A stretch of 63,429 nucleotides of DNA, filler included, from Chiloscyllium plagiosum (Eukaryota): assembly GCF_004010195.1 (NCBI RefSeq). It is 4 parts of one record of this genome, joined end to end, with 100 filler letters (N's around TTAATTAATTAA, not from the genome) between each part and the next. Parts side by side here need not be neighbours in the genome. Positions count along the whole stretch, not along the records: positions 35,299 to 61,418 come from NC_057714.1; 3 more parts are not named here. One strand, given 5' to 3'. The stretch's first letter is position 1; each line of letters opens with the position of its first letter. Both the position numbers and the translations under genes were made by a program. Of this stretch, positions 38,311 to 49,539 are shown in pieces. The notes beneath the pieces were generated by a model. The model was not told the origin of the DNA and searched no databases. It saw nothing but the letters and a program-made list of their open reading frames with translations.

Positions 38311-39107
38311 AGTTAAAAATCACACAACTCCAGGTTATATTCCAACAGGTTTATTTGGAAGCACTAGCTTTCTGAGCGCTGCTCCTTCATCAGGTAGCTG
38401 TGGAGTATAAGATCGTAAGACACAGAATGTATAGCAAAAGTTTACAGTGTGATGTTACTGAAATTATATATTGAAAAAGACCTGGATTGTTTGTTAAGTC
38501 TCTCATCTTTTATAATGAACATGTTGGTTTCAGTTCTTTCATATGAAAATCGCAGAACTTTTTTAAAAGTTACATTTTCAAGTGAACTTTAAAAATTGGT
38601 GTCAAGTTGGCCCAGATAATGTAGTGAAGGTGTGAGTTTCCCTGTGTGAGTCTGTCTGTGCCACAATGGTCAGACTGATTCTAATCTAAAAATGGATTTA
38701 CAGAATCCTACACGGATTCATGCAGTTTTTGAGCAACATAAAATGTAATTCTGCAAGTACAAATTCCCCCCATAAACATATATGTGTGCGTGCATGTGGG
38801 TGTATGTGTTGGGGAGGTGGGTTATGAGTGTCTGTGAGACAGTGTGTGTATGTGTGTGAGTGTGAGTGTAAAGGGGTATAAGTCTGTGAGAGGGTGTATA
38901 TCTGAGTGTGGGAGTGTACGTATGAGCGCACGAGAGAGGGTCTGCGTGAGTGTATGGGTCTCTAGGAGTATGTGTGTCTGTAGGAGTGTGTATAGGAGTG
39001 TGTGTGTGTGTGTGTGTGTGTTTTGGGGTCACGTGTAGTGTGACGTGAACCCAAGGTCCCAGTTGAGGCCATTCCCATGGGTACCGAACTTGGTTATCAG
39101 CCTCTGC
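38311..39107 (-). mobile_element. PLE family 2 3' end with hammerhead (38362-38396) and TG-rich microsatellite (about 38780-39020)
   Basis: The terminus matches the arms at 25451 and 34228. The reverse strand reads CTGATGAAGGAGCAGCGCTCAGAAAGCTA. Confidence 0.8.
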
Positions 39108-39164
39108 TGAAAAAGTGTCCCAGTCTTCATTATTTTTTCTGGACAAATGACATTGGGGCAAACT

Positions 39165-41295
39165 GGTCATGTCAATTCTGTAGTCCATGTAGGTCACTTA
39201 GGGTGACTGGAACACTCATTTTCCTTTCTAATGCATACATCTGCCTTGGAGAAAGGTTTAAGGACTACATCCAACTTCTCTAAGTGCTCCTTATGGGTCT
39301 TCCTTGTTATTAGATAAATTCTGACCTGGAGAAGACCTTGTAAAATGTTCTCCAGCATCCGCTGAAAAATTGCACAGGCTGACTATCACAAATGGCAGTC
39401 TTGGATATTGGACAAACCCTTAGAGGTACTAATTGTAGCATACTTCTGAGAATCCTCATCTAACCTCAATTGCAGGTACGCAGAGCTCATGTCCAGCTTT
39501 GTGAAGGACAGCCCTCCTGCTAGCTTTGTGATTGAATCCTCTATGTGAAGGGTTGGATATTCATCCAGCTGTGAAAAGCGGTTTACCATTTGTTTAAAAT
39601 CTCCACAAAGGTGAACCAACCTCTCACGCTTCACATTCAGCACAACCAGTGCGGCTCATTCCGCAGACTGAACTGGTTTCATGATTCCTTCACTTTCTGC
39701 CTCTACTTTTGCCCGTAAGGCAAATCACACTGGGTGGGCCTTGTAGAATTGTGGAATTGCTTCCTGGTCAATATACAAGGTGGCCTTGGCTCATTTGATA
39801 ATCCTTAGACCTTCCTGAAATGTTTCAGGTATTTAATTAGGATTTCATTCAAACAGCCATTTTCTAATCAAATAAAAGTGCTGAGCCAATCTCGGTGAAT
39901 CTCTCTCAACCAATTTCGCTCCATCAACCTTGGGTCCCAGCCTTTTACCCCAATCACTGTAACTGAACCAGCTGCTTCTCAGAGAATGGAAACAAAGTTG
40001 TACCTTTAAGCTTTAAAGGTTCCCTGATGTAGATTCCCAGTATAGCTAAGGTCTTGTGCAAACTTAAGTTGGACTCCTGACTGGTTCTGCAGAAACTGAA
40101 ACTGCCACGTTGGTATCAACCGCGATTGCAACCGGGGGACCATTTAACCAGGTGTTTATTTTGATTGGTTCTGATTTGGATGTTGCCGAGCAAATTTAAC
40201 TGTTCCAAACCAGATGTAGATTGACTTTCCAGTGTGTTGATAAATACCCAATCCCTCAGTTAGAAGATTTATACACAAAGCTAGCAGGAGGGCTGTCCTT
40301 CACAAAGCTGGACATGAGTCATGCATACATGCAATTGAGGTTAGATGAGGATTCCCAGAATTATGCTACAATTAATACCTCTAAGAGTTTGTGCAAATAT
40401 CTAAGACTGCCATTTGGGGTATCGTCAGCCTGTGCAATGTTTCAGCTAACCACTTTTTACGAGATCTTTCTCCTGGAAAGTGATCTATGAGTTCTCTTAC
40501 TCAATTCAGGCTTAATGTGTTTCTTCTGCTGTCTTGAGTCTGCATACTGACAGGAACTACAATGGCTTGCCAGTAATGATCCTGAAGAAAATGTAAACTG
40601 TGGACTAACCTAGATCCCCTCTCTTCTCAATATGTCCTGACTGAGGCTATGCAATTACCTTCTATCAAGTGGTGTCCCCCCAGGCTCAGTCAGCCTGACA
40701 AGAAAGTCTACTTCCATTGGAATACCCTGCAACTCAGATACTCTACTCACAGTATTTCCAATGATGAAGTCAGTTGTACTGTCTGTTGAAATCCAGGTGG
40801 GCTTCAGTCAATAGGTGGTTTTACATGGTTACATTGTTAATCCCAAATACAAAATGGTCTTGTTAAAGGTTACACCATGGTCACATGCCTCTGCCCATCC
40901 TCTAGTCAAAAATCCCATTATGAATTCTCCTGGTTTTCAAAATGCCGAATAAAACCAATAGCTTCTCAGAATTAGAGAAGGCTTAGAGTCATAATATTCT
41001 TTCACTAAATCTGTCAACTCTTGAAAGGTTTTAGTATCTGGTGCCTCAGAGAAAGGTAGGCTCCTCAGAGCCAAGTAGGCCGCAGGTCCACAAGCTGTCT
41101 GGAGAATTACTTGATGTTTTTCATCTGTCCCAATGTCATTTGCCTGGCCTTTCATATACCTGGCCCAGTCTTTGATGGCAGAATTGAACAAGTCAAGCTT
41201 CCCAAATAATGGCACAATGCCAGAAATGCTTACTCCAATTCAAAGGCAACTTGAGAGCAAATTTCTTTAGGAGCATGTTTTTCTCTCATCTCCAC
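39165..41295 (-). mobile_element. Gypsy internal region (gag, protease, RT), degenerate
   Basis: gag MPLFGKLD.F...W..Y (40937-41215). RT LCGDFKQMVN..EYP...FTKLDMSSAYLQL (39386-39643). Confidence 0.85.
40225..40446 (+). mobile_element. Inverted second copy of the Gypsy RT segment
   Basis: DKYPIPQLEDLYTKLAGGLSFTKLDMSHAYMQL...RLPFGVSSACAMFQ. Confidence 0.88.
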
Positions 41296-41535
41296 TGAAA
41301 TAACTTCACAGAGGCTGATATCCCATCACTGATTCACCCTTTATTTACCTGTGAAGTGTCCATGACACAGATTCAACTCTCAATGAGCCAGATCTCAGAG
41401 TGACCAGAACTCCTGTCACTCCTGTTTATATCTGTCAGTCAGTCAGGGCTCCATGATTAGTCCAGATTAACAACCCGAGTTAAGGAACTAATTTTCTATG
41501 ACATCCACCTGGCTGACCTCCTTAAAAACACTGCA
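41296..41535 (-). mobile_element. Gypsy 5' LTR
   Basis: TG...CA ends, directly followed by a PBS-like GTGGAGATGAGAG and gag. Confidence 0.82.
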
Positions 41536-44500
41536 CGTATATTCTAGAAAAGTGCTGGAGGATTATCAACTGCCAATGTAAAAACACCTATCTTTCAGTC
41601 AGTTAGCTTAACATCTGTTCTTGGGAAATTTTAGAATAAATTCTAAAGTAAGTAATCGTGGATCATGAATCTCACCATAACCCACATTATTCAGACCCTG
41701 ATAAGAATCTACCCAGATGACAGACACAGGGAAAAGTATCCAAAATTTTCAGTGGGCAATAATATGAAAAATTAAGAATAATGTGGAGAAATATAAGCTA
41801 TCCAATTTAGCAAAAAGATCAAAACATTATTTTAAATCATGAGAAATATTAAATGTTGGCATTCAGAAATATTCAGGGAACACAAAGTTAATATACAGAT
41901 ACAACAAGACATTAGGAAGATAAATGGCAAGCCAGCTACAGTACAAAGAGTTTGGTGTGCTTGTGCAAGGACGTCTTACTATACTTACACAGGGATTTGA
42001 TAAGACCATACCTGGAGTACTGTGTACATTTTTATCTCTTTATTTATGGGAGGATATAATTTTCTTCCATTGCCTTGTGTTGCAGTAAAGGTTCATTAGA
42101 TGAATTCCTGGAATGAAAGTACTGTTCTATGTTGTGAGGTTGAGTAGATGAACCTTCTACCATCTATATTTCGTATGCATAAGATCTGATCTCCTTGAAA
42201 GGTATATGATTCTGAGAGGGGTTGACAGAGGAAGTACTGAGAGATTGATTCCTCTGGATGCAGAATCCAGAATAGGGAGGGCTATACTGGCTTTGGACTT
42301 GTTTATTTACAACTGAGACAAGAAGGATTTTTTTTTCACTTAGGGAGCTGTAAATCTTTGGAATTCTCTACATCAAAGGGCTATGGATGATCATTCATTG
42401 AATGCATTCAAGGCTGAGGTAGATTTTTGGACTGCATAAAGAAATATTAAGCTTCACCACCTCTTTCAACTGTTGCAGACAGCTTATTTGATATCCAGAT
42501 GATATGATTGGAAGAAAGACACTTCAAATAAATATGAAGAAGATTGCAGCTATTGTTTCTGGGGCCCACTCCAAACTTCATTTCCTAGTTACCAGTTGCA
42601 TCCATCTCTCTGGATAGAATCTGTGATGGATCCAGCTTGTTCATTACCTTGGTCTTACCTTTGAACCTACGATGAGCATCCAACATCATATCTGTGCCAT
42701 CACTAAGACTGTCAGCTTCCATCTCTGTAAGATCACCTACTTCATGTCTGCCTCATCTGATTTGCTGTTGAAACTCTCCTCCAAACTTCTGTTAACTTTA
42801 AAGTCATCTATCTAGCATACTCCTGGCTAAACTCCCGTGTTCTCATAGATTAGTAGATGTTTACAGAGCAGAAAGAAGCCATTTGGCCCATTGTGTCTGC
42901 ACAACAAAGATCTAACTACACTAATCCCCAACACCAGCTTTTGTGCCTTAGCTCTGGAGGCTTTGGCAACACAAGTGAATATCTAAATACTAATTAAATG
43001 TCATGAGAGTTTCTTACTTTGTCACCATTTCAGGCAGAGAGCTTCATACTCCCACAACCCCCCTCTATAAACTTGAAGTCATCCAAAATTCTGCTTCTCC
43101 TGTTTTAATTCATAACATGTTCATTCCCTATCATCCCCCTGTTCGGTGGTCTATATTAATCAATAGTGAAGCAACAACTTGATTTCAACATGCTCATCCT
43201 TGATTTCAACTTCCAGTAGGCTTCACCCTTCCCTATCCCTCTAATCTCGCATAGCCACACGATATTCCACAGCCCCACTCTATTCCAAAATATTTACGTT
43301 CCTCCAATTTTTGCCACTTATACATCCCCATTTTAATTATGCCCCCATTGGCCATCATGTTTCCAGCAGCTTTGTCTGTTAGCACTGACATATAGCCCCT
43401 ATACATTTTTGCATCCCTGCCATGCTTTCTTCCTTTAAGCTGTCATTAAAATCTACCGCTTTGACCAAGATTTTGGTCATCTGGCCACATGTTTCTGAAT
43501 GTAGTTCGATAACATGTTTGTTTTACAATGCTCCTCTGAAGTGTCTTAGAATGCTTCATCACATTAAAATTGTTACACAAGTGCAAGCTGTTGTTGTAAA
43601 GAACTAACTGGCATACGTTACGCATTTGGCCCATCAGTAATTCTGCTGTATTTTGCCTGGTCAATTTTTGTCTGACTGACACACTCTAGTGGACTTCATC
43701 AGGTTTTCCACGCTGCACATATTTGCCTGCAGCTGGTACATTCTGGTCTGACTTATTTCATGGACTGGCAATACAGAAAATAAGATTTTCTGGACAGGAA
43801 TAGAAGTATGTTAGTGAAGAGTCTTAAAATGATATGTTCATTTCCCATTGGCAGCAGAGTTTGAAATTGTGCATTTTCTGTTATGTTTTGTGTGGAGATG
43901 GCACAGAATACTCTTACTCTCAATGGGGCGCACAGGCAGGCTATCAGTTTTGAATGATGGAGCCCAGCAGTAAAGTTGAAACCAAACAAAAAGCGACATA
44001 TAAACACTTAATCCAAAGAAACAAGTAGAGGTGCAATGCCAAGAAGTGAAAATTGGCAAAAATAACACAAGGAATTATCTCATCAAAGGGTTGCAGGAGT
44101 CTGCTTTGTTCTCACAATTAAGTGCACATCACTGGCCTGGTATTAATGTTGCAATGATGAGAATTCCCCGAGTGTCAACATTGGCCCAGCAGATCCCAAT
44201 TGTAAACTGCACATTTTACCCCACAGAAAAACCCTGGGCATTGGCAAATTGACTACATTGGCTCAGTTTCTAGTTTTCTGTTCTGTATGCATGTCTGTTC
44301 TTAAATCAAATGGAATTGCAGCCTTAAAGCATCTCATGATTTTAAACATGATGAACCTCTGATCCAAACATAAAGTGGTAACACATATTTAGGTTCCTAA
44401 TAATTAAGCAACTGGTCAAGTACTTACGATGTAAGAGTTTTGCATTGTTTAAACTCCTAAGTAGAAATCTCATCTGATTTATGATATGCAAAAATTCTTG

Positions 44501-45074
44501 AAAGATGAGAAATCAAAATTTTAGAAGTGTGTTACATTTTGAATAAGTTAGTAAGAATTCAATACGTAGTGGTCGAGATATTTATTTAGACTTGTATTTT
44601 TGTGGCTTATTAAAATATCAATGCACATGTTCATGTTTGCAGAATTACGCTTCCTGTCATTAAGGAGAAAGGTTTTTTCTCTCATTGCTAACTGCAAAGT
44701 ACAGAATTATCTATCACTATGCCTTTTAATGCTGTCATACAGCAATCAGCAGCTCATCATTGTCACTGTGTATCAAGGACTGAGAACATTTCTATTCAAG
44801 GATGGATTTAATAATAATCTGACAATGTCCTTGACAAAATATAATCTTTCTAATAGAAGAATAATGATGATAGTGGTAGATCGAAAAAGCATATCTTTAT
44901 TTCCACATTATTACTTTGTGGAGTGCTATGCTAAATATTTCAATGTTACTTTCCCAGCCTGAAGCTAAGACACTGCCAATAGTGGTTATGTGATAATTGT
45001 TTTCAGCAGGTTTCAGAATGATCTGTTATCAAAGGATGCAGATAAATCAGCAATTCATATCAGTAAGGATTTAT

Positions 45075-45785
45075 TAGAGTCACAGCGTCATAGAGATGTA
45101 CAGCACAGAAATAAACTCTGTGGTGCAACTTGTCCATACTGACCAGATATCCCTAATCTGGTTCCATTTGCCAGCACTTGGCCCATGTCCCTCTAAACCC
45201 TTCCTATTCATATACCCATTGCCCCTTAGGTGCGTTTTCTGAACCCTTTCAAGTTTCACAGCATCCTTCCCATGGCAGGGAGACCAGAATTGAATACATT
45301 ATTTCAAAAGTGGCCTAATCAATGTCCTGTACAACTGCAACATACCTCCCAACTCCTGTTCTCAATGTTCTGAACGATAAAGGAAAGCATACCAAATGCC
45401 TTCTTCACTATCCTACCTATCTGTGACTTTACTTTCAAGGAACTATGAACCTGCACTCCAAGGTCTCTTTGTTCAGTAACACTCCCTCGGACCTTATAAT
45501 TAAGTGTATAAGTCCTGCTAAGATTTGCTTTCCCAAAATGCAGCACCTCACATTTATCTAAATTAAACTCCATCTGCCACTTCTCAGCCCATTGGCCCAT
45601 CTGATCAAGATCCCATTGTAATCTGAGGTTACCTTCCCTGCTGTCCACTACACCTCCAATTTTGGTGTCATCTGCAATCTTACTAACTATACCTCCTATG
45701 TTCACATCCAAATCATTTATATAAATGATGAAAAGCCAGTGGACCCAGCACTGATCCTTGTGGTACACTGGTCACAGGCTTCCAC
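45075..45785 (-). mobile_element. CR1 LINE 3' fragment
   Basis: LFIIYINDLD..KIADDTKIGG...KWQMEFNLDKC and a 3' tail. Confidence 0.92.
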
Positions 45786-47684
45786 CACCACCGATTATGT
45801 ATTCGTACAGCTCTTACCATAAAAAGGTGATGCAGATAGTTACTGATTAGATAAAAGGACCCTACAAATATAATCAATAATATCTGTAACAAAACACAAT
45901 GTTAAGGTTTGAAACATATCTTTTACAGTTTGCAACTGGTTCTTGAGGAGTGGTTCATAAAGAAGCATAAGACAAGTGATCATTAGCAGTCTTCTTTCAC
46001 ATAATTCAGTCCATTAAGTTCATCTACATAATCAAAATAAAAATGTTAGATAAAATGTTCCCACTCTTGCACTTTCACATTAATGGGTGAAATATCAAAG
46101 GTTGTCAAGCACCTGCTTAGAACGTATACAGCTCAGTTATTACCTAAAATGGAAAAGACCTCAGCCATAGATATTATTTATCACTGAACATACCTACGTC
46201 ATACGCGATGACATTTTTGATTAGCAATTTAAATAATATATTCTTTTGGTAATCAGTTAATACATTTTTGGTTATGATTGAAACCAAGAGACAAGCGGCA
46301 AAGTGAAATTGACACAGAACTTGAATCATGATCTTTTTAATGGTGGAACAACTGCAAGGGGCCATATGATTTTCTCCTGCTCCTTTGTTATATCTACTAT
46401 TAATCAAAGAATGATGAATGGACTTTCATGATCACTTTTGCATTGCTGCAAAGTGTGGACCAGTTCCAATTTGACTTAAGATAGTACTACAAAAGCACAT
46501 TAAAGGAAGGCATCTCATATCACTTGGGTTTCATCGTGAATAAGGACAATGGGACACTTCCAGTGTGGAACACTGGTTATGAAGAGTGCAAGTTAGAAAA
46601 TCACAGGCTGGAACCCATGACTTAGAAATCATTAAAGTTCATTGTGAAAAATCATTGATTGAGGACTGTAATTTGTTGACTCATACTTGGTCCCTGCTAT
46701 GCTCATGCAATTCATGGAAGAGAGTTTCAGTGTTGTGTGATGCTGTATTTTTAACAATAGCAGGGATCTGACCATTTGTAAGTTTAAGCAGAACTGATTT
46801 AAATGTTTTAACAAAGTAGCTACTCCTTTCTGAACTCTCAGTACATAAACAATAGGCACAGGGACAGAACTTCTGTACATTCCTCTCCAGGCTGTAAGAA
46901 CAGAACTCTTAAGCAATAAAATAAATGCGTTCAATTTCGAACTTCTACTACTGGGAATGATTGGAAATTGGTAGCTGCATTATAAACTTGGTTTTATATT
47001 CCATCCAGTCAAAGCTATAACTGTCTTTTCCTGTTGCTAGGATCTTGTGCACCCAACATCATTTCCAGATGAAATGTTAAAACTAGTTTTCCTACAAAAC
47101 ACCAGATACTGAACTTCACAAATATTTAATTGGCTATGAAGTGGTTTTAGCACACTGAAATCAGGAAGAGTGATTCTTTTCTTTTAAATAAAGAAGTTCT
47201 TCATTTTTGCACTGGGTGTCCCAGGCACCTGTACTGGTAAATCAATATTATATAGTAGTAGTCTTTGCTAGCCCGTGCCCCACGTAATAAAAAACTGGTT
47301 GCTGTAGTATTGCAGTAACAGCAAAATGAAAGCAGTTTAGAATTATTCAAGTAAAATAGTTCTCAGATGGCTTTCCACCTGAAACCTTGTCTCTTCTCAC
47401 AGGCTCTGATGAATTTGCAATTGCTTCCAGTATTTTCTGTTTTTCAAGTATTCTGATTGAATGTTATTCAGCATCTTGCAAGAATGATCACCTTTCCTTT
47501 TAAGAAAGGCAAATTGAATGCTTCTTTATATAGGCAAGGGAAGTATTTATGTTTAACCAACAGTAAATATTAAGATTTCTACATATAGAAACAATGCAAA
47601 TCATAGTATATGAATATAAAACTATTTTCCACACCTTGAAGTCAAGGGTACTTTCAAAGAAATATTGCTTCTGTAAGTGACTGC

Positions 47685-48930
47685 TGGGTTCCTTGTCGAG
47701 ATAATTTTATCATTGATAGCCACGAGTGAGATGAAGTGCCAGATATTGGAGGGTAGTTAATGTGGTGCTGTCATTTTAAGAAAGGTCGTAAGGAAAAGCC
47801 AGGGAACTATAGAACGAGGAGCCCGACATCAGTGGAGGGTGGATGGTTGGAAAGGATTCTGAGGGACATGATTTACATGTATTTGATTAGGTAAAGACTG
47901 ATTAGGGCTAGTTATCATGGCTCTGTGCGTGGGAAATCATGTCTCTAACTTGATTGAGTTTTTTTGAAGAAGTGACAAGGAAGATTGATGAAGACAGTGT
48001 GGTGGATGTTGACTATGTGGACTTCAGCAAGGCTCTTGACAAGGTTCAACATGATAGATTGGTTAACAAGGTTGTATGACATGGAATCCAGGGAGAGCTA
48101 GCCATTTGGATACAAAATTGGCTTGAAGGTAGGCAACAGAGGGTCCTGGTGGAGGGTCGCTTTTTGGACTGGACATCTGCGATCAGCAGTGTGCTACAAG
48201 GATCAGTGCTGAGCCCACTGATTTTTGTCATTTATATAAATGATTTGGATGTGAATATAGGAGGCATGGCTAATAAGTTTGCAGATGACACCAAAATAGG
48301 ATTTCCCGAAGTTTATCTCAGAGTACAACTGAACCTTGATTAGATTGGCTGATGAGCCAAGGAGTGGCAGACAGCGTGGCTGTCATATTGTGGCTGTACA
48401 GGACATTGGTTAGGCCACTTTTTGAATACTGCATTCAATTCAGGTCACCCTGCTATAGAAAGATGCTGTGAAATTCGAAAGGGCTCAGTAAAGATTTACA
48501 AGGATGCTGCCAGAGTTGGAGGGTTTGAACTGAATAGGCTGGAGCTATTTTCCCAGGAGCATCACACACTGAAGGGTGACCTTGTAGAGGTCATGAGGGG
48601 TGTGGATAGAGTGAACAGCCAAGGTCTTTTTTCCAGAGTTGGAGAGTCCAAAACTAATGGGATAGGTTTAAGGTGAGAGAGAAAGATTTAGAAGGGACCT
48701 GAGGCATAACATTTTCATGCAAAGGGTGGTGCAGAAGAAGTGTTGGAGGCTGGTTGAAATACAATATTTAAAAGGCATCTGGATGGGTATATGAAAAGGA
48801 AGGGTTTAGAGTGATATGGCACAAATGCTGGAAAATAGGACTAGATTAATTTAGGATATCTGATCAACATGGACGAGTTGGACCGAAGGGCCTGTTTCCG
48901 TGCTGTACATCTCAATGATGCTATGACTCT
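47685..48930 (+). mobile_element. CR1 LINE RT and 3' end
   Basis: QGSVLSPLIFVIYINDLD..KFADDTK and TGGACCGAAGGGCCTGTTTCC tail. Confidence 0.9.
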
Positions 48931-49539
48931 AACAGACAGTAAAGGGAGGTAATTTGCTGAGAGATGCTTCATTCATTAGTTGTAAGTAGCTGAAAGATTG
49001 TGAACATGCTTCATTTCATGCAATACATGGTGGTAAGGGAAGTTAGTACTTTAAATAGATAAGGCAATAGGCATACAATTTAAAATTAGCAAATTTGTGG
49101 AGATGTTGACCTGTTATACTGATTGTGATACTTTGCAGTGTAAGTTTCTTGTTAATTACATTTCTCAGTGGAAAACAGTTTTGATTCTTTTAGAAGGTGA
49201 TGTATCAAAAAAGTGCGGTGTAATAAAAAACATACAATGCACATGATCAAAATGCTTTCAGGGCATTGTAGCAAACTTAAATATTGTCAAGCAATGGAAA
49301 TATCACCTCAAGTTCAGAATTGAAATGTCATAATTGGATTTAACTATCCAAAGTTAAGGAACATAACTGTTTCCTAATATTTTTCAGAAATTATGCTTAA
49401 CTGCAGTTTTACCCAAATTACATGCAACAAATGAAATCAAAATGAACTGAATTTTATGCGTTTTCAGTTACATCAAGGTTTTTTCAGAGGGTTTCCTACT
49501 GCATGATTTCTCACTGTATCTTACCAAACGTACCTTATT

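Noticed and set aside
38698..39197. His/Thr-rich ORFs
   Set aside because: These are translations of the CA/TG microsatellite.
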